A stretch of 64,000 bases of DNA from Squalus acanthias. Lineage: Eukaryota. Made by a program: the position numbers and the translations under genes. Position 1 is the first letter of the stretch. Each line of letters starts with the position of its first letter. A model generated the notes under the pieces. The model was not told where the DNA came from. It did no database searches and saw only the letters and a list, made by a program, of their open reading frames with translations. Shown piece after piece: positions 12,180-24,648 of the stretch. The stretch spans positions 1,054,001-1,118,000 of the forward strand of contig CM059432.1 in assembly GCA_030390025.1 (NCBI GenBank), read 5' to 3'.

Positions 12180-14615
12180 GGAATATAGGAAAAGGAGTAG
12201 GCCATCGCATAAAATTAAATATAATGTATAGCACAGAAATGGGCCATGCGGCCCAACAGGTCCATGCCGGTGTTTATGCTCCACACAAGCCTCCTCCCAC
12301 CTTACTTCATCTCGCCCTACCTACATATCCTTCTATTCCTTTCTCCCTCATGTGCTTGTCTAGCCTCCCCTTAAATGCATCTATACTATTCGCCTCAACC
12401 ACTCCCTGTGGTAGCGAGTTCCACATTCTCACCGCTCTCTGGGTAAAGAAGTTTCTCCTGAATTCCCTATTGGGTTTATTGGTGACTGTCTTATATTTAA
12501 TGCCCCTAGTTTTGGACTCCCCCATAAGTGGAAATATCTTTCCTATGTCAGCCCGTCGAGCCTGTTCCGCCATTCAATTAGATCATGTCTGAACTGTATC
12601 TTAACTCCATCTACTCACCTTGGTTCCGTAACCCTTAATACTCTTGCCGAACAAAAATCTATGAATCTCAGTTTTGAAATTTTCAATTGACCCCCAGTCT
12701 CAACAGCTTTTTGGGAGAGTGTTCCAGATTTCCACTACACTTTGTGTGAAGAAGTGCTTCCCTGAACGGCCTGTTAAGGGTATGCCCCCCTTGTTCTGGA
12801 CTCTCCCACCAGAGGAAATAGTTTCTCAGTATCTACCTGATCAACTCCTTTAATCATCGAAAACACCTCAATTAAATCACCTGTCAATCTTCAATATTCA
12901 AGGGAAAACAAGCCTAGTCTAGGCAACTTGTCCTCATAATTTAACCCTTTTAGCCCCGGTATCATTCTGGTGAATCTGCGCTGCACCCCCTCCAAGGCCG
13001 ATATCTCCTTCCTGAGGTGCGGTACCCAAAACTGACCGCAGTGCTCTAACTAGGGTCTGACCAGAGCTTTTGCGACTGTAACATAACTTCCGCCCTTTTG
13101 TATTCCAGCCCTCTTGACTTAAAGGCCAGCATTCCATTAGCCTTTTTAATTACATAAGAACATAAGAAATAGGAGCAGGAGTCGGCCATTTGGCCCCTCG
13201 AGCTTGCTCCGCCATTCAATAAGATCATGGCTGATCTGATCTTGGCCTCAACTCCACTTTCCTGCCCACTCCCCATAACCCCTGTTTTTCAAAAATCTAT
13301 CTATCTCCGCCTTGAATATATTCAATGACTCAGCCTCCACAGCTCTCTGGAGTAGAGAATTCCAAAGATTCACGACCCTCTGAGAGAAGAAATTCCTCCT
13401 CATCTCCGTTTTAAATGGGCGACTCCTTATTCTGAAACTATGCCCCCTAGTTCTAGATTCCCCCACGAGGGGAAACATCCTCCCTGCATCTACCCTGTCA
13501 AGCCCCCTCAGAATCTTATACATTTCAATAAGATCACCTCTCATTCTTCTAAACTCCAATGAGTATAGGCCCAACCTGCTCAACATTTCCTCATAAGACA
13601 ACCCCTTCAACTCAGGAATCAACCTAGTGAACCTTCTCTGAACTGCCTCCAATGCAAGTATATCCTTCCTTAAATGAGGAGATCAAAACTGTATGCAGTA
13701 CTCCAGGTGTGGTCTTACCAATGCCCTGTACAGTTGTAGCAAACTTCCCTACTTTTATACTCCATCCCCCTTGCAATAAAGGCCAACATTCCATTTGCCT
13801 TCCTAATTACTTGCTGTATCTGCATGCTAACTTCTTGTGTTTCATGTACGAGGAAACTCAGATCGCTCTGTACCACAGCATTCTGTAGTCTCCATTTAAA
13901 TAATATTTTGCTTTTTTATTCTTCCTACCAAAGTGGATAACCTCACATTTTCCCACATTATACTCCATCTGCCAAATTTTTGCTCACTTAACCTATCTAT
14001 ATCCCTTTGCAGATTCATTGTGTACTCCTCACAACTTGCTTTTCCACCTATCTTTGTATCGTCAGCAAATTTGGCAACAGTACACTCGGTCCCTTTATCC
14101 AAGTCATTAATATAGATTGTAAATAGTTGAGGCCCCAGCACTGATCCCTGTGGCACCCCACTAGTTACAGTTTGCCAACCTGAAAATTACCCATTAATTC
14201 CGACTCTCTGTTTTCTGTTAGTTAACCAATCCTCCATCCAATCTAATATATTACCCCCAACACCGTGAGCTCTTATCTTGTGCAGTAACCTTTTATGCAG
14301 CACCTTATCAAATGCCTTCTGGAAATCCAAATACACCACATCTACTGGTTTCCCTTTATCCACCCTGCTCGTTACATCCTCAAAGAACTCTCGTAAATTT
14401 GTCAAACACGATTTCCCTTTCATAAAACCATGTTGACTCTGCTTGATTGTATTAGGATTTTCTAAATACCCTGCTATTCCTTAATAATGGATTCCAGCAT
14501 TTTCCCAATGACAGATGTTGGGCTAACTGGCCTATAGTTTCCTGCTTTCTGTCTCCTTTCTTGAATAGGGGAGTTACATTTGCGGTTTTCCAATCCGCTG
14601 GGACCTCTCCCGAAA
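12180..14615 (-). mobile_element. Stacked CR1 fragments including a ~1.45-kb RT-containing copy (13154..14610)
   Basis: [45 protein letters not shown] motifs on the minus strand, broken by frameshifts. Confidence 0.88.
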
Positions 14616-15241
14616 TGATTTAATTTATTCCATACTATCAATACATACTAATATCCCTGCTTAATTTAAGAAAATGTTGATACAAATTGAATCCGTTGCC
14701 TTTTTTATTTACAGTAAGGATTGCCACAGTGATGTTTATAGTAAGAGTTATAAGACATTCAGTCTGTCCTCCACCAATTTTGGCGTAATAGGGTGGCAGG
14801 AGTCACGTGTGGAGCATAATTCTTTGGAATTCTCTATCCCAGGGGGCTGTGGATGCTGAATCGTTGAGTATATTCAAGGCTGAGATCGATAGATTTTTGG
14901 ATTCTAGGGGAATCAAGGGATATGGGGAAAGTCGAGCTGAGGTTGAAGATCAGCCATGATCTTATTGAATGGCGGAGCAGGCTCGAGGGGCCGTATGGCC
15001 GACTCCTGCTCCTAATTCATATGTTCTTATGTTCTTATAAACATTGACCAGTTGGGTTGAATGGCCTGTAAATTCTATGTAATGAAGCAATCAGCAGCAT
15101 TACCAGGTAATCATTCACCATTCTTACTGTGGGTCACATAAAGTAGCCACGCTTATACGAACCTTGAGCTTCTAAGAATTCTGTATAACCATTTTACTCA
15201 GTATAGAGGATTGTTTTAATTGTAAGCTTTTTTTTATCCAG

Positions 15242-15375
15242 CCTCCGGTTACCTTAAACTATCCCAAATATAAAGGTTGCATTGAACTCGGTGTTTTGAA
15301 TGAGAAATTGATAAGCGTGTACAACTTCGAAAGAACATTCAACATGAATACTTCAAAAGACAGACCGTGTGAAAG
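15242..15375 (+). CDS. LAMA3: Laminin alpha exon 11 (LG1 end)
   Basis: tttatccag|...|gtatgg; 134 nt, phase 0/2; PPVTLNYPKYKGCIELGVLNEKLISVYNFERTFNMNTSKDRPCE. Confidence 0.93.
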
Positions 15376-15446
15376 GTATGGGGCTGGTAACACTTTTTGG
15401 TTTATCCCTGGAGTACATTATTTCATGTGAAATGTTCACCTTCAAT

Positions 15447-18400
15447 AGAAAGAACTTGCGCCTTTTGCAACCTCAGGACATCCCAAAGAACTTTGAATTG
15501 TAGTCACGGTTGTAATGTAGGAAACACGGCAGCCAACTTGTGCACAGTAAGCTCCCACAAACGGCAATGTATTAATGACCAGATAATCTGTATTTTAGTG
15601 ATGTTGGTTGAGGGGTAAATATTGGCCCAGGACACCGGGGAGAACAGATAAAGGGATGACAGGAATGGCAGGGCAGCTCAGTCTAGCGGAGTGCACATCC
15701 TGTGGCATGTGGAAAGTCATGGACGCTTAGCGTTGCATGGATGACTACATGTAGAGTAAGTGTCAGCAGCTGCGACGAATCGCGCGACGATTTACGGAGC
15801 TTGAGCGGCGACTGGAGTCACTGTGGTGCATCCGCGAGGCTGAGAACTTCGTGGATAGCACGTTTAGTGAGGTGGTCACCCCGCAGCCTAAGAGAGAGTG
15901 GACAGAGAGCAAGTGGGTGACCACCAGACAGAAGACCACCAGGCAGGCAATGCAGGAGGTTGGAGGGCATCTCGCTCTCCAACCGGTATTCTATTCTGAG
16001 TACTGGTGGGGGCGATGGTCCCTCTGAGGAGTGCAGTCAGACCCAAGTCCTCGGCACCATGGGTGGCTCCGCTGCATAAGTGGGGGGGGGGGAGGAAAAA
16101 TAGTGGAAGAGCAATAATGGTAGGGGATTCAATAGTGAGGGAAGCAGACAGGTGTTTCTGCGGCCGCAGACGATGACTCCAGGATGGTATGTTGCCTCCC
16201 TGGTGCCAGGGTCAAGAATGTCACTGAACGGCTGCAGAGCATTCTGGGGGGAGAGGGTTAACAACCAGATGTCGTGGTCCATATCGGTACCAATGACATA
16301 GGTAGAAAGAGGGATGAAGTCCTGCAGGCAGAGTTTAGGGAGCTAGGAATCAGATTAAAAAACAGGACCTCAAAGGTAGTAATCTCCGATTACTCCCGGT
16401 GCCACGTGCTAGTGAGTCCAGAAATAGGAGGCTAGAGCAGATGAATGCGTGGTTGGAAGGATGGTGCAGGAGGGAGGGCTTTAGATTCCTGAAGCATTGG
16501 GACTGTTTCTGGGGGAGGTGGGACCTGTACAAGACGGACGGGTTGTACCTGAACAGAGCTGGGACCAATCTCCTCGCAGGGGGGTTTGCTAGTGCTGTTG
16601 GGGAGGGTTTAAACTAGCTTGGCAGGGGGATGGGAACCTAAGAATAGAGTCAGTAGGGAAGGAAGAAAAACTGGAATTGGAAAACATAAACGTAGAAAGT
16701 AAATTGGAAGGACAGAGGAATCAAGGGCTAGATAGTAGTCAGCAAGGAGGTTTGCCTGTACTAAATGGTATATACTTCAATGCAAGGAGTATAGCGAACA
16801 AGGCAGATGAGCTGAGGGCACAGGTAGATACTTGGGACTATGATATTATAGCTATTACAGAGACGTGGCTGAAAGAGGGGCAGGTATGGCAGCTCAACAT
16901 TCCTGGTTACAGGATTTTCAGACGGGATAGAGAGGGAGGTGAAAAGGGAGTGGGGGGGGGGGGTCGTGGCATTGATTAAAGAAACTATTACAGCTCTGAG
17001 GAGGGATGATATGTTGGAGGGATCATCAAACGAGGCCAATATGGGTTGAATTGAAAAACAAAAAAGAGGCGATCACACTGCTGGGAGTGTACTATAGACC
17101 CCCAAACAGTGAGAGGGAGATGGAAGAGCAAATATGCAGACAAATTTCTGAGAAGTGCAAAAACTATAGGGCAGTAATAGTAGGGGATTTCAACTACCCC
17201 AATATTAACTGGGATAAAATTAGTGTGAAGGGTATACAGGGTGCGGAATTCCTAAAATGCATCCAGGAGAACTTTTTTAGCCAGTATGTAGCAAGCCCAA
17301 CAAGGGAGGGGGCGGTTCTGGACTTAGTTTTAGGGAATGAAGCTGGGCAGGTAGAAGGTGTATCAGTGGGGGAGCATTTTGGTACTAGTGACCATAATTC
17401 AATTAGATTTAGGATAGTTATGGAAAAGGACAAGGATAGACCAGGAATAAAAATTCTAAATTGGGGAAAAGCAAATTTTGCTAAGCTCAGAGGGGATTTA
17501 GCCATAATGGACTGGAAACAGCTACTTGAAGGTAAATCAGTGTCAGAGCAGTGGGAGGCATTCAAGGAGGAGATCCGGAGGGTTCAGACCAAATATGTGC
17601 CCTTAAAGAAAAAAGGTGGGACTAACAAATCTAGAGCCCCCTGGATGTCTAGAGACATACAGGGTAGGATAAAGAAAAAAAGGGAGGCGTATGAGAGATA
17701 CCGAGGGCTAAATACTGCAGAATCTTTAGAGGAGTACAGAAAGTGCAGGGGTGCAATTAAAAAGGATATTAGGAAAGCAAAGAGAGAGCATGAAAAATTC
17801 TTGGCAAGTAAAATCAAGGAAAACCCAAAGATGTTTTATAAATATATTAAGAGTAAGAGGATAACTAAAGAAAGGGTAGGGCCTATTAGAGATCATGAGG
17901 GTAATCTGTGGAGGCGGGAGACGTCGGTAGGGTTCTTAATGAATACTTTGCGTCTGTTTTTACAAAGGAGAGGGGCGAAGCAGACATTGCTATCAGGGAG
18001 GAGGAGTGTGAAATATTAGATGAAATAAACATAGTGAGAGAGGAAGTATTAAGGGGTTTAGCAGCTTTAAAAGTGGATAATCCCCAGGCCCGGATGAAAT
18101 GTATCCCAGGCTGTTAAGCGAAGCAAAAGAGGAAATAGCAAAGGCCCTGACCATCATTTTTCAATCCTCTCTGGCTTCAGGTGTGGTGCCGGAGGACTGG
18201 AGGACTACTAATGTGGTACCCTTGTTTAAAAAGGGAGAAAAGGATAGACCGATTAATTACAGGCCAGTCAGCCTAACCTCGGTGGTTGGAAAATAATTGG
18301 AAAGAATTCTGAAGGACAGGATAAATCTTCATTTAGAAAGACACGGATTAATCAAGGATAGTCAGCACGGATTTGTTAAGGGAAGGTCGTGTCTGACAAA

Positions 18401-19872
18401 CTTGATTGAATTTTTTGAGGGGGTAACAAGGAGGGTAGATGAGGGTAGTGCGTTTGATGTAGTGTACATGGACCTTAGCAAGGCTTCTGATAAGGTTCCA
18501 CATGGCAGACTGGTCACGAAGTTAAAAGCCCATGGGATCCACAGCAAAGTGTCAAGTTGGATTCAAAACTGGCTCGGAGGCAGGAAGCAGAGGGTAATGG
18601 TTGATGGGTGTTTTTGTGACTGGAAGGCTGTTTCCAGTGGGGTTCCGCAGGGCTCAGTACTAGGTCCCTTGCTTTTTGTGGTACATATCAATGATCTAGA
18701 CTTGAATATAGTGGGTATGATTAAGAAGTTTGCAGATGATACTAAAATCGGCTGTGTGGTTAATACTGAAGAAGGAAGCTGTAGACTGCAGGAAGATATC
18801 AATAAATTGGTCAGGTGGGCAGAACAGTGGCAAATGGAATTCAATCCGGAGAAGTGTGAGGTAATGCATTTGGGGAGGGCTAACAAGGATAGGGAATACA
18901 CATTAAATGGTAGGACACTGAGTAGTGTAGAGGAACAAAGTGACCTTGGAGTGAATGTCCACAGATCCCTGAAGGTAGCAGGCCAGGTAAATAAGGTGGT
19001 TAAGAAGGCATACGGAATGCTTGCCTTTATTAGCCGTGGCATAGAATACAAGAGCAGGGGGGGTTATGCTTCAACTGTATAAAACACTAGTTAGGCCTCA
19101 GCTAGAGTACTGCGTGCAGTTCTGGTCACCACATTACAGGAAAGATGTGATTGCACTAGAGAGGGTACAGAGGAGATTTACAAGGATGTTGCCGGGAGCA
19201 GAGAATCTTAGCTATGAGGAAAGACTGGATAGGCTGGGTCTGTTTTCCTTGGAACAGAGGAGGCTGAGGGGAGACCTTATTGAGGTGTATAAAATTATGA
19301 GGGGCCCAGATAAAGTGGATAGAAAGGACCTATTTCCTTTGGCAGAGGGGTCAAAAACCAGGGGGCACAGATTTAAAGTAATTGGTGGAAGGTTTAGAGG
19401 GGATTTATGGGGAAATTTCTTCACCCAGAGGGTTGTGGGGGTCTGGAACTCACTGCCTGAAAGGGTGGTAGAGGCAGGAACCTTAACCACATTTAAAAAG
19501 TACTTGGATGTGCACTTGGGATGCTGTAACCTGCAGGGCTACGGACCTAGAGCTGGGAAGTGGGATTAGGCTGGATAGCTCTTTGTTGGCCGGCGCGGAC
19601 ACGGTGGGCCGAAATGGCCTCCTTCCGTGCTGTAACTTTGTATGATTCTATAACTTCCCTGCTCTTCTTCGAAATAGTGGCTGTGGGATTTTTTATGTCC
19701 ACCTGAGAGGGCAGACGGGTCCTCAGTTTAGCAGCACCTCCGACAGAACAACACTTACTCAGTACTGGCACTGGGAGTGTCAGCCTAGATTATGTGTTTA
19801 AGTCTCTGGAGCGGGACTTGAATTCACAATCTTCTGTCTCAGAGGTGAGAGTGCTATCCACTGAGCCACACC
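15447..19872 (-). mobile_element. Deu-type SINE split by the CR1 insertion (15447..15645 + 19652..19872)
   Basis: SINE sequence GGACACCGGGGAGAAC continues as AACTTCCCTGCTCTTCTTCGAAATAG after the CR1. Confidence 0.8.
15646..19651 (+). mobile_element. Near-full-length decayed CR1 LINE (ORF1 with Cys motif, coiled coil and SGNH esterase; ORF2 APE + RT)
   Basis: ORF1 from ATG 15665 (MAGQLSLAECTSCGMW...; HIGTND; DGLYLN) to 16617. ORF2 motifs [46 protein letters not shown], ending at 19569; several frameshifts and stops; CR1-type tail. Confidence 0.93.
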
Positions 19873-19881
19873 GGACACAAG

Positions 19882-20145
19882 GGGCTGGATTTTGATACTG
19901 GGGCGGGTTGGGGTCGTGTCATCCGCATTTCGTGTTATCCACCCACCTGCAATTGGATGTGGGAGATTGATGCAATTTTCACCTAATTGGGCAATTGAGT
20001 TCCAGCATGTGGGAACCCATGAACCAATTAGTGTTTTCAGTCTGAAAGTCACCTCTGATGATGTCATCATTGCTGCTGCATTGAAGGTCTTCAGAGACTG
20101 CCTGGCCTTTGCTGTGAGTGGACCTGGATGCAAAATGAGCAGCAG

Positions 20146-20182
<37 letters not shown>

Positions 20183-20629
20183 CGCGCGCATCCAGGTCCT
20201 CTCACAGCAAAGGCCAGGCAGTCTCTGAAGACATTCAATGCAGCAGCATCAGAGGTGACTTTCAGACCTAATACTACTACTACCTTCATCACATCTCCGT
20301 TGTAATAGTGGACCTGCAGCTGATAGTCAGCTATCCACTTGTGCTCCCGCCAGGTTTCACTGGCGTGTTTCACATCAGGCCTGCTTCACGTGGGAAAAGG
20401 GTTAAACTAGCTAAAACGTTTCAAAATGGCATTACAGAGCCAATTTAGGGCTTGTTAAGGGCTTTAATGGCCTCTCCCGCCTCTTGGAGGCGGGACGGAG
20501 TCGGGAACACCGCACACGATTTTATCAAAATTGCATGGAGGCGGGATCAGGTCCACCCACCACTTTTCGCAATTTTAACCCCCTACACGCCTCCAAACCC
20601 GCCTCCACGGCCCTATGAAAATCCAGCCC
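19882..20629. mobile_element. PIF/Harbinger-like MITE with an internal palindrome
   Basis: TIR GGGCTGGATTTT / AAAATCCAGCCC; 3-bp flanking duplication AAG; same TIR as 51101..51935. Confidence 0.7.
20040..20267. repeat. Long inverted repeat (80-bp arms) around an (AG)15(CG)5 loop
   Basis: Arms 20040..20131 and 20188..20267 are complementary, with 2 mismatches and a 12-nt bulge. Confidence 0.92.
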
Positions 20630-20887
20630 AAGGTCTTTGCCAGCCTCCAGTGAGGGCCTCACACACTGCCCGATACACGCCAGTTAAATTGCCAGTGGGT
20701 GTGAGTGCGATGCCAAGCCAGAGGGGCAGGACACTGTTTCTGTTTAAACCCTCTGCATGCCCCATTCCCAATGGGCGCCGGGGGTTAAGATCGGGCCTTT
20801 GGTGTTTGACTACATTAGCAGCAATTTCGACTCTAATGATTACAGTTTAACCTGATCGCTAACTACCTACATTTTTTTCTTTTACAG

Positions 20888-21044
20888 ATACAAGCCAACT
20901 AAGGAACCGGGAAGTGATGGTTTCTATTTTGATGGAACTGGATATGCACTAATTAACTTGACCAGAGTTTCACAAAGATTAACAATTGAACAAACCGTTC
21001 AAACTTCGACCAAAAATGCAGTACTCTTGTACTTCGAGAAAGAG
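20888..21044 (+). CDS. LAMA3: Laminin alpha exon 12 (LG2 start)
   Basis: tttacag|...|gtaaaa; 157 nt, phase 2/0; YKPTKEPGSDGFYFDGTGYALI...EQTVQTSTKNAVLLYFEKE. Confidence 0.93.
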
Positions 21045-22955
21045 GTAAAAAATACTCCACTGTTTCTGTTTCTTATAGAATTATAGATGTTTACGTCGCA
21101 GAAGGAGGCCATTCAGCCCATCGTGTCTGTGCCGGCCGAAAAAGAGCTATCCAGCCTAATCCCATTTTCCAGCTCTTGGTCCGTAGCCCTGTAGCTTACG
21201 GCTCTTCAAGTGCATATCCAAGTACTTTTTAAATGTGATGAGGGTTTCTGCCTCTACCACCCTTTCAGGTCATATAATCATAGAATGGTTACAGACCCCC
21301 ACCAAACCTCTGGGTGAAAAAAGTTCTCCTCAACTCCCCTCTAATCCTTCTACCAATTACTTTAAATTCAGTTTTTATAAGGTAAGGTGAAAATGTCAAA
21401 ATAATACTCAAGTCCCTCAGTGCTACCACTTATTTGGCCCTCCTGGGTACTGGTACACCTAGAAGTGCATAGGTCTGTCATGTCCCATTACTCCACCTGT
21501 CACACTGTGATAGCATTGTGAATTTACCCCAATATGTGCCAACTCCTCTGTTGCTGTTTCGGAAACTGCTACACCATACCCCAGTGTCTGGATGAAAGGG
21601 TGGGAGATAATCTGTCACTGCGCTCCTGGCAACTTCACTCAATGCCCAATAACTGCGAGACGTGCACTTGCTCAGCTGATGGGCAGGTTTCGGTAATCTG
21701 TCTGCTTGGATGGAGCGGTTCATCGATGCCCCAATACGCTGGTCTCAGTGCGGCAACAAAGGCATGGGGAGAAGCTATTTACTGGCCTAGAAAGTCAGCC
21801 GGGCGGCACTCATTTTTCAGGTGAGGTGGTGCTCGTGCACATTTTTGAACGGAAGTGCACCGCCCGCCATATTGGGAAAGGAAAAGGAAATGTTTTGCGG
21901 TGCCCACACCTGAAACAGGCGTTGGACCCTTTTGCATCTGGAAATAAGGGGCCTAACATCAGGCTGAGGCCAAAAAACAGACCCTGGACCGCCTCCTACC
22001 AAAAGAAGGTACATTTTCAAAACTTACTAGCTGTTGGATCAACTGTTAGTCAGCCTCTTTCCTTCCATGTTTCGCAATGACACCCTTCGAGTAAGCACAA
22101 GACACTTGTTGGCGGAGTCTGCAGAACAGACTTAATTCACATACAGCACGGGTGATCAATCTACACCTTACACAGAGAGAGTAGCTTTGCGATTTCTCTA
22201 TCTTTCGAGCCCTCCAGCTAACTGTTGAAAACCATGCTTCTTTACACACCTTAGTTTACCCACCTCAAAGGTACAGGTCACAGATCAGACCTCATGATTT
22301 ATCTGTTCCTGAAGTCCTTGAGGACCGTCTATTTACATGAACAGCTGTAGTTCTTTACTTCAAAGGTACTTCCCTCAAACAAGAGTTCCTGACCTACCTG
22401 TTCATCGAATCCTTTAAGCAGTTTTATTAACAGCTTATCTTCCTAAACATCCCTTCTATACTATAGTTAATTGATCCCTCTGCCTATGTTTATTACACTA
22501 ACCACTAAAGTTATACTTTAATCACTCATGGTTGATGTCGTCCCAGTCACTTATTTCCTTGCACAGCATCTCTCGTAGATACTCAAACATTTGGAGCAGA
22601 AGATAAGACGTGGTTTCTCTGCGGCAACCCCGCTGCAATCCTGTTCACCTCGGAAAGCCGGTTGCTCCAAGATACAAGGAAGTTTGATTATTAACCCTTA
22701 ACTCTCTAGGATGTCCAACATATAACCTGAATTTTGGAGCTGGGAGGAGCAGATTTAAAGAATACGAGCCGCCAATCCCAACATCCCGCACTCATCACCG
22801 CTGCACCCTTCCCCCGATCACCGGCCTCCGATCCCTTCCCCCGACCTCCAATACCCCTCCCCCCACCCCACCCAATCACCGGCCTCTGCTCCCGTCCTCG
22901 GATACACCTCATCCCCACCCCCTCCACCCCTCCCCCGATCCCCACCCCCCTCCAC

Positions 22956-23222
22956 GATCCCCGGCCTCTGACACCCCTCCCCCGATCCCCGGCCTCTGAC
23001 ACCCCTCCCCCGATCCCCGGCCTCTGACACCCCTCCCCCGATCCCTGGCCTCTGACACCCCTCCCCCGATCCCCGGCCTCTGACACCCCTCCCCCGATCC
23101 CCGGCCTCTGACACCCCTCCCCCGATCCTCGGCCTCTGATACCCCTCCCCCGATCCCCGGCCTCTGACACCCCTCCCTCGATCCCCGGCCTCTGACACCC
23201 CTCCTCCGATCCCCGGCCTCTG
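22956..23222. repeat. 28-bp C-rich minisatellite, ~9.5 copies
   Basis: Unit ATCCCCGGCCTCTGACACCCCTCCCCCG; degenerate copies from ~22810. Confidence 0.92.
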
Positions 23223-24153
23223 TTCCCATTACCGGGCATCTATCCCTTGATCTCTGGCCTCAACTCCACAGCCCCGGCCTCCAATCCCCCTCCCTGGCCC
23301 TCGTTGGCCTGAGGAATGCTGCGACACGAACAGATGCCAGATCTTGGTTTACTCTGGCTGGCTGTTCACGCCAGGCTGGCTCCATTGAAGTGAGGCCTGA
23401 GGCCCAATATTGGGGGCACCATTCAGACACTGGAAATGTAGCAATAATGTGCATGAGAGAACTTCTACCCCATGAAGTTTCAAACCTAGTCACTTGATTC
23501 CTATTAACAAAATAATTTGATGGATGACAAATTACAGTGCATGTAATGCATGTTTAGCTTCTCAGGGTTAATGTTGGAGCACTGATCATATACTACATGT
23601 GTTTTTTATGCTTGTTGATCTTAGTGTTTGTTCAGCCACTAACCACAATTGATGTCATTCCTTCATGACTATTCCAATGCTCTCCTGGCCGGCCTTCCAA
23701 TTTCCACCCTCCGTAAACTTGAATTCATCCAGAACTCTTAATGCCTGTATCCTAACTACATTGGCACCTGGTCCAGCAACACCTCAATTTTAAAATTCTC
23801 ATCCTAGTTTTCAAATCCATCCTTGGCCTCACCCCTCCATATCTCTGTAATCTTCTCCAGCCCCACAACCCTGTGAGATCTCTGCGCTCCTCCAATTCTG
23901 GCCTTCTGCACATCCACTGTTGGCGGCCGTGCCTTCAGCTGCCTGGGTCCTAAGTTCTGGAATTCCCTCCCTGAACCTCTCCGCCTCTCTCTCCTCCTTT
24001 AAGACTCTCCTTAAAACCTACCTCTTTGACCAAGCGCTTGGTCACCTGTCCTAATATCTCCTTTTGTGGCTCAGTGTCAAATTTTATTTGATAACGCTCC
24101 TGTGAAGCGCCTTGGGACGTTTTACTACATTAAAGGCACTATATAAACGCAAA

Positions 24154-24569
24154 ATAAAAACAGAAAAAGCTGGAAACACTCAGCAGGTCAGGCAGCATCA
24201 GTAGAGAGAGAAACAGAGTCAACGTTTCAGGTCGATGACCTTTCGTCAGAACTTAGGGATGTGGCTGTGAAAGTGAGTTTAGGCAGATATCTGATCAAAC
24301 ATGAGACGGGGAATAGAAAGCAATGAAGATGAACAAGGTAAAAGAGACGAACAGAAATCCCGTCAGAGAGAAGAGCAGAACTTCTTCAAGGTGGGCATTC
24401 CTGGAAGAGAAGTGGCAGTGAATTAAACACTAATACAAAAGCAAAACACTGCGGATGCTGAAAATCTTAAATAGAAACAGAAAATGCTGGAAATACTCGG
24501 CAGGTCAGGCAGCATCAGTGGAGAGAGAAACAGAGTCAACGTTTCAGGTCGATGACCTTTCATCAGAAC
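24154..24569 (-). mobile_element. Penelope-like element derivative with two tandem terminal repeats
   Basis: Two ~100-bp direct repeats ACAGAAAA(T/A)GCTGGAAA...CAGAACT, matching the terminus of the GIY-YIG-bearing fragment at 63477; 12-bp TSD tataaa(c/t)gcaaa inside an L2 tail. Confidence 0.75.
24217..24253 (-). ncRNA. Minimal type I hammerhead ribozyme motif (copy A)
   Basis: Minus strand AGUU-CUGACGA-A-AGGUC AUC GACCU-GAAAC-GUU-GACU. Confidence 0.7.
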
Positions 24570-24570
24570 T
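24534..24570 (-). ncRNA. Minimal type I hammerhead ribozyme motif (copy B)
   Basis: Minus strand AGUU-CUGAUGA-A-AGGUC AUC GACCU-GAAAC-GUU-GACU. Confidence 0.72.
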
Positions 24571-24648
24571 ATAAATGCAAATTGTTGTTGTTGCTGTTCA
24601 AACATATTATAGGTTGTGGTTTATAACCAGATTCATTGTTTGTTCCAG

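Noticed and set aside
17006..19569. Functional or domesticated reverse transcriptase gene (also 60983..62212)
   Set aside because: Frameshifts and stops, or 5' truncation with the catalytic motif changed to FAND; ordinary decayed CR1 copies.
19798..20373. Overlapping ORFs on both strands sharing peptides
   Set aside because: A consequence of the palindrome and the (AG)n tract.
22706..23239. Gly/Arg-rich ORFs in three frames
   Set aside because: Produced by the 28-bp minisatellite.
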